Assembly: GCA_951406725.2 (NCBI GenBank)
Contig: OX597825.1
Coordinates: 76,136,001 to 76,200,000 of the forward strand
Source: Octopus vulgaris
Taxonomy: Eukaryota
DNA: 64,000 nt
Reading direction: 5' to 3'
Shown: in pieces, positions 35,011 to 48,936 of the stretch
Numbering within the stretch: the stretch's first letter is position 1
Layout: each line of letters starts with the position of its first letter
Translations under genes and position numbers: made by a program
The notes under the pieces: generated by a model
The model's input: only the letters and a program-made list of their open reading frames with translations
Told to the model about the DNA's origin: nothing
Databases searched by the model: none

Positions 35011-35799
35011 TATATAAGAAAAAGGGACAGGCAACAGGTTGCTTGACCGCATACCGAAAAAATAGAAATAGCAGTCAAGAATGCTTATTTCTATCAAAGT
35101 GGGACTCCGGGCGCGACAAACCCTGTAATTCACATATGCAAAACAGAAGGAATAGATATCGAAAACGAAGTCTGGTGGTTATCTGTGAACATCATGTTTC
35201 TGGATTATAAACATATTGAATATATATTTCATATATATTTTTGATATATATTTCATATACATTGCATATATATTTCACATCCTTCTTCAGCACAGCTTTC
35301 CATTGAAATAGATTTATCATAGATTTATCAAATGCTACATACCTCAAACCTTCTGACCATGCGACATCAAAATATTTGAAGAAAGCGAGCAAAGGCTAAA
35401 CCTACATAGACGTTTGAATTCGTAAATCTTCCCTCCAAAATTTTGCCATGCGCACTACAAAAATAGTTCCATAGGAGTAGGAACTATTGGGTTGTCGTAA
35501 GGGAGTGAAAAATCCAATTAGTAATATAATAATAAGGGTAAATAATTTCTATAAAGGTTTTTAAAAAAACCACAATTATTTACTGGTAGAATTCGGTATG
35601 TAAATATAGCCGATTACCGGCAGGAACTTCTGTAAAGTTCAGTATATATATTGTATATAAGAAAAAGGGACAGGCAACAGGTTGCTTGACCACATACCGA
35701 AAAAATAGAAATAGCAGTCAAGAATGCTTATTTCTATCAAAGTGGGACTCCGGGCGCGACAAACCCTGTAATTCACATATGCAAAACAGAAGGAATAGA
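35011..35799 (-). mobile_element. 643-bp hammerhead-bearing unit with ~141-bp terminal direct repeat (retrozyme-like); duplicate at ~43888-44677
   Basis: 35016-35156 repeats at 35659-35799 (1 mismatch seen). No credible ORF. Hammerhead at 35183-35295. Confidence 0.8.
35183..35295 (-). ncRNA. Type I hammerhead with AT-microsatellite-expanded stem II
   Basis: ctgtg-CTGAAGA-A-GGAT...ATCC-A-GAA-ACA(TGA)TGT-T-cacag; GUU triplet. Confidence 0.8.
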
Positions 35800-36080
35800 C
35801 ATACATGCACCATAGTCATGGCAGATACTGGTGTCACACAAATAGCACCCATGCCTGTGGCATGTAAAACCACTCATTATACTCTGGCTGTGGTTGGCAT
35901 TAGGAAGGGCATTCAGTCATAGAAACCATTCCAAATGAGACTGGAATCTAGTACAGCCCTTCAGCTTACCAAGTTTAGTCAAACCATCCAACCCATACCA
36001 GCATAGACGATAGACATGACATGATAATGATGGTGATATATATATGTATATATGTATATATATATGTATATATGTATATA

Positions 36081-36134
<54 letters not shown>

Positions 36135-36392
36135 TATATTATTAAAATCACAATTAATAACATCAATTTAAAACACCAAGTGGCCTAGTGTAAAGTGGCC
36201 TATTACTTGTATATATATATACAAATTGAGATAGGGGTTGTAAGTGCAACCCTCCATGGGATAACATATATCCAATATACTGCTAGTAAAGCACCCAACA
36301 AAGTTAATACATAAATGTTAAGAATTGCGATGCAATTAATTCATTTACTGTATTATATGGGCAAAGGTAAAATGTTTTACCACAAATTAATA

Positions 36393-36551
36393 ATACAAAA
36401 TAAGAAAATGGAGAAATACACCTTAATCAATAATCGACTACCAGATAATACCCAATCACATAATTTATTAAACCACTACAATAAATTATGTGATTGGGTA
36501 TTATCTGGTAGTTGATCATTGATTAAGATGTGTTTCTCCATTTTCTTATTT

Positions 36552-36556
<5 letters not shown>
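36393..36556. repeat. 77-bp-arm hairpin ending a pLTR-like fragment (duplicate at ~45272-45435)
   Basis: Arms 36393-36469 and 36480-36556 with a 10-nt loop. Upstream 36220-36410 resembles 15780-15970. Confidence 0.9.
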
Positions 36557-36585
<29 letters not shown>

Positions 36586-36587
<2 letters not shown>

Positions 36588-37940
36588 AAACCAAAGTCTT
36601 AGTTTAGAGTTAACCTAGCAAAAACCAAAGACTTAGTAAGTAGGAAAGCAAGCAAACTGCACATAGCCCCAGTAGATGGCCCTGCTCAATCTGTAAGGAA
36701 GGTGTAAGCAAAAATTCCATAAGATGTACTCGGTGCAAGTTATGGACACATAAGAGGCGAGAAGAAGGTTAACTGGGAAAATAGGTTTTGTTTGTGGAAG
36801 GTGCACGGGTACAATAGACACTAAATATAGCCAGAAAATAGCTTCCATCAAATGCCAGTGTGGATAAGCTAGAGGTAGTCAATAGCTTCCGTTATCTAGG
36901 TGACCAAATCAGTGGTAGAGATGAATGCCCTAAGAGTGTAGCAGCGAGAATAAGAATGTGTTGGGCAAAGTTCAGAGAGCTCCTACCTCTGTTGGCAACA
37001 AAGGCTCTCTCCCTCAGAGTGAAAGGCAGACTGTATGATGCCTGTGTGTGAATAGCTGTGTCACGTGGCAGTGAAAGAAGGGCTGTGACCACTGAGGACA
37101 TGAATAGGCTTGAAGGAAACGAGGCTAGTATGCTTTGTGAGATGTACAGTATCAGTGTGCATGTACAATAGACTGTAAGCACCTTGAGAGAAAAGTTGGG
37201 TATAAGAGGCATTAGATGTGGTGAGCAAGAGAGCCGACTGTGCTAGTATGGTCATGTGATACATATAGATGAGGACAGCTGTGTAAAGAAGCGCCGATCT
37301 CTAACTATGGAGGGGACTTGTGGAAGTGGTAGACCCAAGTAGATATGGGACAAAGGGGTGAAGCATGATCTTCAAACGTTGGGCCTCACAGAGTCAATGA
37401 CTAGTGACCAAGATCTCTAGCAAACCCATCAAGCTAAGTGGCTGATGCCAGCTCACATAATTAGCACCAATGCCAATGGCTTGTAAAAAGCACCTTTCAA
37501 GCACTGGGCTTCATGGAGGCATCTGGGACCCACGGTGGTGGCATATAAAAAGCACCTGTTGAGTTTTGGGCCTCATGGGGGCAATGTGGCTGATACCAGT
37601 GTTGTGCAGCACATAAAAAACACCTTTTGAGCATTGGGCCTTGCAGAGGCAATGACAAATAACTGAAACCTTTGGCAAAATACTGTGCTTGAAAAGAAAA
37701 CACATCAAACCAAGTGAAATCCTACTTGTGGGGGATACTGCTGTCATACAACTGGCACTCGTGCTGGTGGCACAGAGAAGCACCCATTACACTCTCAGAG
37801 TGGTTTGTCATAGGAAGGGCAGGTATTCATCCATAGAAACCATGCCAAATCAAACCGGTGTCTGGTGTAGCCCTGGTATAACTGTTCAACCCATGCCAGC
37901 ATGGACAACAGACATTAAGTGATGATGATGATGATGATGA
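36586..37940 (+). mobile_element. RTE-clade LINE 3' fragment (duplicate at ~45460-46813)
   Basis: RVNLAKTK, WPCSICKEG..CTRCKLWTHKR, LEVVNSFRYLG, 3' UTR and (GAT)n tail. Confidence 0.9.
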
Positions 37941-38116
37941 AGATAATGGACATACTGAATAAATGTGTGTGTGTGTGTGTATATATATATACATAAATAT
38001 ATAGTAGTGTTTTATTATGTCATGTTATATATAAAAACAGTTTAAAATTAAACTGAAGAATCACTCATTACCTTTTAGTCAAGTACATGATTATTAAACT
38101 TTTACAAGGCAAAAGT

Positions 38117-38163
38117 ACACAGAATCTTTGAATTTTCAGTCAATTGCCTTCATCAGACTGTGC
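38117..38163 (-). ncRNA. Degenerate hammerhead-like motif (duplicate at ~46990-47036)
   Basis: cacagt-CTGATGA-AGGC(AATT)GACT-GAAAATTCAAAGATT-ctgtg; stem I register and stem II are imperfect. Confidence 0.45.
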
Positions 38164-38451
38164 TTTATTTTTGTTTGGTTTGACTTTACAGTCTTTGGCA
38201 TATTTTTAGTGGGTGGGGGTAGGCAGAGCTGCAGGAAGTGATAATTAGGTGTGGTATAGATAGGGTGGTGAAGTGTTTATCGAGGGAGGGGATAGAGTAG
38301 GACAGGAGGAAAGTATATTTATGTAGGATGTGAGTTGATAGAAAGCTGTTGTGAGGGAAATTTGTTTGGTTTGATGCGGGAATTGTGTTATTGTTTAGGA
38401 TTCAGTCAAGCATGACAGTAACTGCGCATACACATGTGTGAAGTGCGGCGC

Positions 38452-38659
38452 ATACTCTTTTACTCTCTTTTACTCTTTTACTTGTTTCAGTCATTTGACT
38501 GCGGCCATGCTGGAGCACCGCCTTCAGTCGAGCAAATCGACCCTGGGACTTATTCTTTGTAAGCCCAGTACTTATTCTATCGGTCTCTTTTGCCGAACCG
38601 CTAAGAGACAGGGACACAAACACACCAGCATCGGTTGTCAAGCAATGCTAGGGGGACAG

Positions 38660-38734
<75 letters not shown>

Positions 38735-38868
38735 TACGACAGGCTTCTTTCAGTTTCCGTCCACCAAATCCACTCACAAGGCATTGGTCGGCCCGGGGCT
38801 ATAGCAGAAGACACTTGCCCAAGATGCCACGCAGTGGGACTGAACCCGGACACATGTGGTTGGTTAGC
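38452..38868 (-). mobile_element. SINE family A, head slightly truncated (duplicate at ~47325-47736)
   Basis: Homologous to 27235-27659; CpG-rich, so probably young. Confidence 0.9.
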
Positions 38869-39962
38869 AATTGTATAGAAAGCTGGATTTGTTTTGCTTT
38901 AGGGCTCACAAAACCATATTTGTAGATGAATCAATTGGCAGACTGAGGTTGAATCGGTGTTGGTGTTATTAGATTTCTGTTAAGAAATAATAAACTGTGT
39001 GTTTTGAGAAGTTTAGGATTGAAGACCCATCTTATTCCAAATAGATTTCTAGTCTGTTTCTAGTGTCACTATTTGCATTTATATTATAATATTGTAGGTA
39101 AATATATACATATAATGCATGAAATTACCTATGAAACCAGATGAAGGCATAAGTCTGATGCATTTTCTTTAGATACACAAATTTATAAGGAGATATACAT
39201 GTACATTAACAATATATAAGTAACATATAAATTTAGTAATACATATCCATATGATCAAATATATGTACATATATCTCTGACCCTGTGACTATAAATATAT
39301 TCATATTACACTTGTATACATCATCAGGGCAGACAAGCAAATAGTTTTTACACTATTGGAATATTGTCATAAACTGGCGATTCAATGTGCCTCTAATTCA
39401 GTTCAGGTACCTGACATTGATAAACCACAAAAATGGTGAAGCATCAATGTCCATCCCTCCTGAATGGGATTTGGAGTGAGTTGTCTTCTCTGCCTATGAT
39501 TTTCAGGTGTTTTAACAGTTGGTACTCTGAGAGAGTCATCCACACTGTGCTAAATTGCTGCCTAAAGGTGTGTGTGTAATAGTAAGAGGAGAAAATATGG
39601 GCATAGTTTGGTGCTCCTTTATTCCATTTGTTACATATGATTCAGTATTCAGTAATACATGATGTCACACTACAAATGCAACCAATAGAAGCAGCTTAGA
39701 GAGCAAGCATGGAGCAAATGTATCATCAGAAAATCGACAAAGAAATCCAAGTTGGAGACAAGCAGCAACCAAAATTTATACACACTGGAGGCATATCCCA
39801 GAGGAGGAGGGGATGAAGGAAAAGGTAAGTAGGTAAGCCAACTAAGATAATCACAGGTGGACTGGTGTTAGTAGGGGTGGAGTTACTCACTGGATAAGAA
39901 AGGGAGTTTGATCAATTCTAATTGACCATATTAGGGAGGTAGCAGCTGGCGAAATAAATTAG

Positions 39963-40048
<86 letters not shown>

Positions 40049-40079
40049 TGTGTGTATGTGTGTGTGTACATACATATAC

Positions 40080-40240
40080 AATGGGCTTCTTTCAGTTTCT
40101 GTCTATCAAATCCACTCACAATACTCTGGTCAGCCTAGGGCTATAGCAGAAGATATTTGCCCAAGGTGCTGTGCAGTGGAACTGAACCTGAAATCTTCTC
40201 AATGATGCAAACTTCTCAATATGACAGCTATACCTGCATC
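40080..40240 (-). mobile_element. SINE family A 5' half, degenerate
   Basis: GGCTTCTTTCAGTTTC..AAATCCACTCACAA..TGCCCAAGG..ACTGAACC, next to (TG)n. Confidence 0.75.
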
Positions 40241-40472
40241 TATATCATCATCATTACCCTCTTAATTATAACATCTATTATTTTCATGCTTGCATGGTTT
40301 TATAACAGAATGTGTTGAGGTTTTCTATGGCCTGATGCCCTTCCTGTCACCAACCCTCACCTGATTCCAAGCAAGGTCATATTTCTTCCTGGTCTGACAT
40401 ATTTTTACAGTAGACTGGAAATGGAGGATTTATGACTAACTATGCTATGATGTCAAGACAAGGAGACACAAA

Positions 40473-40519
<47 letters not shown>

Positions 40520-41329
40520 ACACACACACACACATACATACATACAACTTACCTACATACATACATGCATACATGCATGCATGCATCCATCCATCCATGC
40601 ATCCATCCATGCATGCATGCATCCATCCATCTATCCATCCATACATACATACATACATACATACATACATACATACATGCATACATACATGCATACATAC
40701 ATACATACTTACACACATACATACATACACACATACATACATACATTTATTGGTAATAATAAAGTTAGAAGAAATAAAGGACCTCTTCCTTAGTTTATTT
40801 ATATAAAGGTACAGAAAATCTTCAAATTTTTCCAAGTAAATGAAATGGAATGAATTAAAATAAAATAAAATAAAATACAATATTTATGTTATAATGTTTC
40901 AGAAATTCCATCAAACATTTGAGAATGGTTGTGCTTCAGGGGTATTCTACATTGTTTTACTTTATTTAATTCTATTTCATTCCATTTCATTTCCTTTCTG
41001 TACCTGAATATCAATAAACCAAAAAAGAATTCCTTCATTCCTTCTCATTAGTCCTATTATTATTACCAATATACTATTCTGTATAATACCAGAAACGTTT
41101 TATTCCTTATAAATATATCATCATCATCATCATTGTCAGGTCTTTAGTAGAGGTTACACATGGAGGGATTGAACACCAAGCCATGTAGTTGGGAACCTAT
41201 TTTAAAATAGAAAACCTGTATTCATGATTGAATATTTAATATCTGACTCCCACCAGAACATTTTTGGTCTATATCCTGTTGCAGGAATATCCTTGAGCAA
41301 GGCACTTCACTAATCTCATTTCTCTCTCA

Positions 41330-42640
41330 TCCCTCTGTCCTTCACTTTTTCTCCTTCCAGGCTTTCTACATCACTTATGCATTCAAATGACCTCAATTTC
41401 AATCATACTAAATAAGGAATTTAATATATATCAAAGATCCTGTATGGACAAACAGAGACACTTGTGTCTCATTTCATTGGCATCATATCACATGGTACTT
41501 ATATTGAGGCAATTCATCATGACACAATACAAGGAAGTCTTGTACTGATTCATGGCATTATTGAAACACTACACTCCTTTCATTTCAACCCCCCATTTGT
41601 ATAAACACAGAAGCCCAAGATAGAATGGAAAAAAGTGGAAAAAAAAAATTAAATAAACAAAATCCCAAAAGAATAAAAATAATAGCAACAACAACTCATA
41701 AAATAGCAACAACACACACGACAGTTTAAAAGAGCCAAGCCAAAAATACAAAAATTCTGAGGTTTTATGGTTCAACCGAATTTTCAGATTGCAAATATCA
41801 TTGTGATTAGGTGAGGGATTCCTTGCAGTGTTAGATAGGTGCTTCCCTAAAACATATAAATATCATCATATCTTCAGGAAGCACACAATGAAAGTATTGT
41901 ATGCCACGCCCAACAACATGGAGTACTACATACACAAATACAAGAATAGAAAAATATACATGCAAACAACCACCACAAAAACAGAACAAAATAACACAGT
42001 GTATAGGAACAATAACAAAAATAAACTCAACAGGGATCACAAAAACAAGGATAGTGACCTCGGCAGTTATGATAGGAGCCAAGCAAAGAGTGAAAAAAGA
42101 AACAATACGAGCAATAATATCAAGAACACTGCAAATACTGTAAATCAGCTGGAATATCATGAAAACAAAAACAAAAACTCACCAAATGACAACAAAATAA
42201 TAATAGTGCAAATTATTGCAGCTGTCACAATAAATCTCCATGTCTACTTATAAATCGATGTATGCAAAAAAGTGTCATATAAATGTACAATCACCACATG
42301 ACAACATAAATAAGCATAGAGAGAAGCCTCAGAAAACCAGTTTAAGGTCCGTTATCGGAACCATATCTCCTCATTCTGATAGGTCAACTGGCAACATGCC
42401 ACATAACTAGCAGACCTAATATGGAGATTAAAAGAAGAAAAACTAAAATAAGAAATCAAGTGGTCAATTATATAAAACACACAACCATATATTATCCCAG
42501 GTATGTAACTTGTGCTTTAAAGAAGTACTGTGTATCTTGTTGAGTAAAGAAAATTTAGTAAACAGACATATTGAGACAATTCAAAGATATTGCCACCATG
42601 CGAAACATACATTTTCCAGATACTGCATTGAAGAATGATC
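41330..42640 (+). mobile_element. Penelope-like element C-terminal half (linker plus GIY-YIG), decayed (duplicate at ~50060-51345)
   Basis: LWFN, LDRCFPKTYKYHHIF..MKVLY, YCSCHNKSPCL..RC..KSVI, LIWRLKE..IKWSII and CNLCFKE..LVNR. Confidence 0.8.
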
Positions 42641-42838
42641 ATAATGCTATGAACTCTTTCCCTCTCCTCTTTCACCATCCATTCCTTTACTAACACACAA
42701 ATAATATCATAACAACCACATAGATATCATATGTGTACATGCAGGTGAGAGTATGTGTATGCATGAATAATAATGCACATATATATATGCATATGATTGG
42801 ATGCATATACAAACATAAACGCAGGTATTTGCACACAT

Positions 42839-43070
42839 AGGCGGCGGGCTGGCAGAACCGTTAGCACGCCGGGCGAAATGCGTAGCCGTATTTCGCCTGC
42901 CATTACGTTCTAAGTTCAAATTCTGCCGAGGTCGACTTTGCCTTTTATCCTTTCGGGGTCGATAAATCAAGTACCAGTTATGCACTGGGGTCGATGTAAT
43001 CGGCTAAATCCGTGTGTCTGTCCTTGTTTGTCACCTCTGTGTTTAGTCTCTTGTGGGTAGTAAAGAAATA
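42839..43070 (+). mobile_element. Full-length SINE family B (duplicate at 51536-51768)
   Basis: Head GGCGGCGGGCTGGCAGAACCGTTAG, B-box AGTTCAAATT, central GCCTTT.ATCCTTTCGGGGTCGATAAA..AAGTACCAG, tail TTGTGGGTAGTAAAGAAATA. Confidence 0.9.
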
Positions 43071-43448
43071 GGTATGTGCACACATGTGTATGCACTGATA
43101 TGCATGTGTACATGTGTGCTTATGTTGGTGTGTATGTATATGCATGCATCTGTATATGATCTACTATATATAAGTACATATGGGTAGACACATGTATGGA
43201 TGCACATGTGTCTATGTGTACATATGTGTGCATAAGTGCATGTGTGTGCATATATATGTGTATATACATGTATATGCATGAGTATATATATATCTACATC
43301 TATAAAAGGCATGATGTGTGTGTGTGTATGAGTACGTGAATGTAATTTATGCACGTCCACAAATTAGCAAGCATGCTGCTCCAATCTTAGGAGGACATTG
43401 GTCATGACCATGGCTGTGCTTTTGTCAACTTATTTTTCCCGAGACATC

Positions 43449-43548
43449 NNNNNNNNNNNNNNNNNNNNNNNNNNNNNNNNNNNNNNNNNNNNNNNNNNNN
43501 NNNNNNNNNNNNNNNNNNNNNNNNNNNNNNNNNNNNNNNNNNNNNNNN
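43449..43548. other. Assembly gap (100 N)
   Basis: Run of exactly 100 N. Confidence 0.99.
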
Positions 43549-44954
43549 ACCAGCCTTCTTTCACACGCACATACATACTCTCTTATACACACACGCACCT
43601 TTGTGCTGGGGGGGGGTCATCTTTACTTTGTTATCTCCCCTACTTCTTCCCTCTCATGTGTGACCCTTCTGTCCGAAGTCAGTCGCCAAGATAGATCATT
43701 AGCCACTACACACATTTTTTTCTCTCCTTGTTTTTCTGTGTTCCTTTCTGTAGAAGAGCGTAGGCTCGAAACATGAAAGACTTTTTCTATTCCTGAGCGT
43801 TATACTAATACATCTGTTTGTTTTGTACACCACTTGTCTTCGTCTTTTGTTTTTTTCATAAATTCTCCCTATATATATATATATATATATATAAGAAAAA
43901 GGGACAGGCAACAGGTTGCTTGACCGCATACCGAAAAAAATAGAAATAGCAGTCAAGAATGCTTATTTCTATCAAAGTGGGACTCCGGGCGCGACAAACC
44001 CTGTAATTCACATATGCAAAACAGAAGGAATAGATATCGAAAACGAAGTCTGGTGGTTATCTGTGAACATCATGTTTCTGGATTATAAACATATTGAATA
44101 TATATTTCATATATATTTTTGATATATATTTCATATACATTGCATATATATTTCACATCCTTCTTCAGCACAGCTTTCCATTGAAATAGATTTATCATAG
44201 ATTTATCAAATGCTACATACCTCAAACCTTCTGACCATGCGACATCAAAATATTTGAAGAAAGCGAGCAAAGGCTAAACCTACATAGACGTTTGAATTCG
44301 TAAATCTTCCCTCCAAAATTTTGCCATGCGCACTACAAAAATAGTTCCATAGGAGTAGGAACTATTGGGTTGTCGTAAGGGAGTGAAAAATCCAATTAGT
44401 AATATAATAATAAGGGTAAATAATTTCTATAAAGGTTTTTAAAAAAACCACAATTATTTACTGGTAGAATTCGGTATGTAAATATAGCCGATTACCGGCA
44501 GGAACTTCTGTAAAGTTCAGTATATATATTGTATATAAGAAAAAGGGACAGGCAACAGGTTGCTTGACCACATACCGAAAAAATAGAAATAGCAGTCAAG
44601 AATGCTTATTTCTATCAAAGTGGGACTCCGGGCGCGACAAACCCTGTAATTCACATATGCAAAACAGAAGGAATAGACATACATGCACCATAGTCATGGC
44701 AGATACTGGTGTCACACAAATAGCACCCATGCCTGTGGCATGTAAAACCACTCATTATACTCTGGCTGTGGTTGGCATTAGGAAGGGCATTCAGTCATAG
44801 AAACCATTCCAAATGAGACTGGAATCTAGTACAGCCCTTCAGCTTACCAAGTTTAGTCAAACCATCCAACCCATACCAGCATAGACGATAGACATGACAT
44901 GATAATGATGGTGATATATATATGTATATATGTATATATATATGTATATATGTA

Positions 44955-45009
<55 letters not shown>

Positions 45010-47531
45010 AATATATATTATTAAAATCACAATTAATAACATCAATTTAAAACACCAAGTGGCCTAGTGTAAAGTGGCCTATTACTTGTATATATATATA
45101 CAAATTGAGATAGGGGTTGTAAGTGCAACCCTCCATGGGATAACATATATCCAATATACTGCTAGTAAAGCACCCAACAAAGTTAATACATAAATGTTAA
45201 GAATTGCGATGCAATTAATTCATTTACTGTATTATATGGGCAAAGGTAAAATGTTTTACCACAAATTAATAATACAAAATAAGAAAATGGAGAAATACAC
45301 CTTAATCAATAATCGACTACCAGATAATACCCAATCACATAATTTATTAAACCACTACAATAAATTATGTGATTGGGTATTATCTGGTAGTTGATCATTG
45401 ATTAAGATGTGTTTCTCCATTTTCTTATTTTGTATATATATATATATATATACATACATAAAACCAAAGTCTTAGTTTAGAGTTAACCTAGCAAAAACCA
45501 AAGACTTAGTAAGTAGGAAAGCAAGCAAACTGCACATAGCCCCAGTAGATGGCCCTGCTCAATCTGTAAGGAAGGTGTAAGCAAAAATTCCATAAGATGT
45601 ACTCGGTGCAAGTTATGGACACATAAGAGGCGAGAAGAAGGTTAACTGGGAAAATAGGTTTTGTTTGTGGAAGGTGCACGGGTACAATAGACACTAAATA
45701 TAGCCAGAAAATAGCTTCCATCAAATGCCAGTGTGGATAAGCTAGAGGTAGTCAATAGCTTCCGTTATCTAGGTGACCAAATCAGTGGTAGAGATGAATG
45801 CCCTAAGAGTGTAGCAGCGAGAATAAGAATGTGTTGGGCAAAGTTCAGAGAGCTCCTACCTCTGTTGGCAACAAAGGCTCTCTCCCTCAGAGTGAAAGGC
45901 AGACTGTATGATGCCTGTGTGTGAATAGCTGTGTCACGTGGCAGTGAAAGAAGGGCTGTGACCACTGAGGACATGAATAGGCTTGAAGGAAACGAGGCTA
46001 GTATGCTTTGTGAGATGTACAGTATCAGTGTGCATGTACAATAGACTGTAAGCACCTTGAGAGAAAAGTTGGGTATAAGAGGCATTAGATGTGGTGAGCA
46101 AGAGAGCCGACTGTGCTAGTATGGTCATGTGATACATATAGATGAGGACAGCTGTGTAAAGAAGCGCCGATCTCTAACTATGGAGGGGACTTGTGGAAGT
46201 GGTAGACCCAAGTAGATATGGGACAAAGGGGTGAAGCATGATCTTCAAACGTTGGGCCTCACAGAGTCAATGACTAGTGACCAAGATCTCTAGCAAACCC
46301 ATCAAGCTAAGTGGCTGATGCCAGCTCACATAATTAGCACCAATGCCAATGGCTTGTAAAAAGCACCTTTCAAGCACTGGGCTTCATGGAGGCATCTGGG
46401 ACCCACGGTGGTGGCATATAAAAAGCACCTGTTGAGTTTTGGGCCTCATGGGGGCAATGTGGCTGATACCAGTGTTGTGCAGCACATAAAAAACACCTTT
46501 TGAGCATTGGGCCTTGCAGAGGCAATAACAAATAACTGAAACCTTTGGCAATATACTGTGCTTGAAAAGAAAACACATCAAACCAAGTGAAATCCTACTT
46601 GTGGGGGATACTGCTGTCATACAACTGGCACTCGTGCTGGTGGCACATAAAAGCACCCATTACACTCTCAGAGTGGTTTGTCATAGGAAGGGCAGGTATT
46701 CATCCATAGAAACCATGCCAAATCAAACCGGTGTCTGGTGTAGCCCTGGTATAACTGTTCAACCCATGCCAGCATGGACAACAGACATTAAGTGATGATG
46801 ATGATGATGATGAAGATAATGGACATACTGAATAAATGTGTGTGTGTGTGTGTATATATATATACATAAATATATAGTAGTGTTTTATTATGTCATGTTA
46901 TATATAAAAACAGTTTAAAATTAAACTGAAGAATCACTCATTACCTTTTAGTCAAGTACATGATTATTAAACTTTTACAAGGCAAAAGTACACAGAATCT
47001 TTGAATTTTCAGTCAATTGCCTTCATCAGACTGTGCTTTATTTTTGTTTGGTTTGACTTTACAGTCTTTGGCATATTTTTAGTGGGTGGGGGTAGGCAGA
47101 GCTGCAGGAAGTGATAATTAGGTGTGGTATAGATAGGGTGGTGAAGTGTTTATCGAGGGAGGGGATAGAGTAGGACAGGAGGAAAGTATATTTATGTAGG
47201 ATGTGAGTTGATAGAAAGCTGTTGTGAGGGAAATTTGTTTGGTTTGATGCGGGAATTGTGTTATTGTTTAGGATTCAGTCAAGCATGACAGTAACTGCGC
47301 ATACACATGTGTGAAGTGCGGCGCATACTCTTTTACTCTCTTTTACTCTTTTACTTGTTTCAGTCATTTGACTGCGGCCATGCTGGAGCACCGCCTTCAG
47401 TCGAGCAAATCGACCCCGGGACTTATTCTTTGTAAGCCCAGTACTTATTCTATCGGTCTCTTTTGCCGAACCGCTAAGAGACAGGGACACAAACACACCA
47501 GCATCGGTTGTCAAGCAATGCTAGGGGGACA

Positions 47532-47595
<64 letters not shown>

Positions 47596-48844
47596 CATAT
47601 ATACGACAGGCTTCTTTCAGTTTCCGTCTACCAAATCCACTCACAAGGCATTGGTCGGCCCGGGGCTATAGCAGAAGACACTTGCCCAAGATGCCACGCA
47701 GTGGGACTGAACCCGGACACATGTGGTTGGTTAGCAATTGTATAGAAAGCTGGATTTGTTTTGCTTTAGGGCTCACAAAACCATATTTGTAGATGAATCA
47801 ATTGGTCAGCTAGCATGTGGCAGACTGAGGTTGAATCGGTGTTGGTGTTATTAGATTTCTGTTAAGAAATAATAAACTGTGTGTTTTGAGAAGTTTAGGA
47901 TTGAAGACCCATCTTATTCCAAATAGATTTCTAGTCTGTTTCTAGTGTCACTATTTGCATTTATATTATAATATTGTAGGTAAATATATACATATAATGC
48001 ATGAAATTACCTATGAAACCAGATGAAGGCATAAGTCTGATGCATTTTCTTTAGATACACAAATTTATAAGGAGATATACATGTACATTAACAATATATA
48101 AGTAACATATAAATTTAGTAATACATATCCATATGATCAAATATATGTACATATATCTCTGACCCTGTGACTATAAATATATTCATATTACACTTGTATA
48201 CATCATCAGGGCAGACAAGCAAATAGTTTTTACACTATTGGAATATTGTCATAAACTGGCGATTCAATGTGCCTCTAATTCAGTTCAGGTACCTGACATT
48301 GATAAACCACAAAAATGGTGAAGCATCAATGTCCATCCCTCCTGAATGGGATTTGGAGTGAGTTGTCTTCTCTGCCTATGATTTTCAGGTGTTTTAACAG
48401 TTGGTACTCTGAGAGAGTCATCCACACTGTGCTAAATTGCTGCCTAAAGGTGTGTGTGTAATAGTAAGAGGAGAAAATATGGGCATAGTTTGGTGCTCCT
48501 TTATTCCATTTGTTACATATGATTCAGTATTCAGTAATACATGATGTCACACTACAAATGCAACCAATAGAAGCAGCTTAGAGAGCAAGCATGGAGCAAA
48601 TGTATCATCAGAAAATCGACAAAGAAATCCAAGTTGGAGACAAGCAGCAACCAAAATTTATACACACTGGAGGCATATCCCAGAGGAGGAGGGGATGAAG
48701 GAAAAGGTAAGTAGGTAAGCCAACTAAGATAATCACAGGTGGACTGGTGTTAGTAGGGGTGGAGTTACTCACTGGATAAGAAAGGGCCTTTAATCAATTC
48801 TAATTGACCATGTTAGGGAGGTAGCAGCTGGCGAAATAAATTTG

Positions 48845-48936
<92 letters not shown>

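Larger units (their letters stand above)
34674..43448 (+). repeat. Copy 1 of ~8.8-kb tandem duplication
   Basis: Colinear near-identity with 43549-52144; ends exactly at the N gap. Confidence 0.95.

Noticed and set aside
39130-39335. Two hammerhead-like traces (CAGATGA-AGGC..GTCT-GATG, and minus-strand CTGATGA at ~39325)
   Set aside because: Multiple core mismatches and no consistent stem I/III; too decayed to call.
40432-40880. His/Thr/Tyr/Ile- and Cys/Val/Met-rich ORFs here and throughout the window
   Set aside because: Translations of (CA)n, (TA)n and (CATA)n microsatellites.
40888-40945. Minus-strand CTGAAGC...GAAACATT
   Set aside because: Core mismatch and no stem I.
42210-42700. Selenocysteine recoding as reported for some Naiad PLEs
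   Set aside because: The conserved Cys codons seen are TGC/TGT, and no SECIS was recognised.
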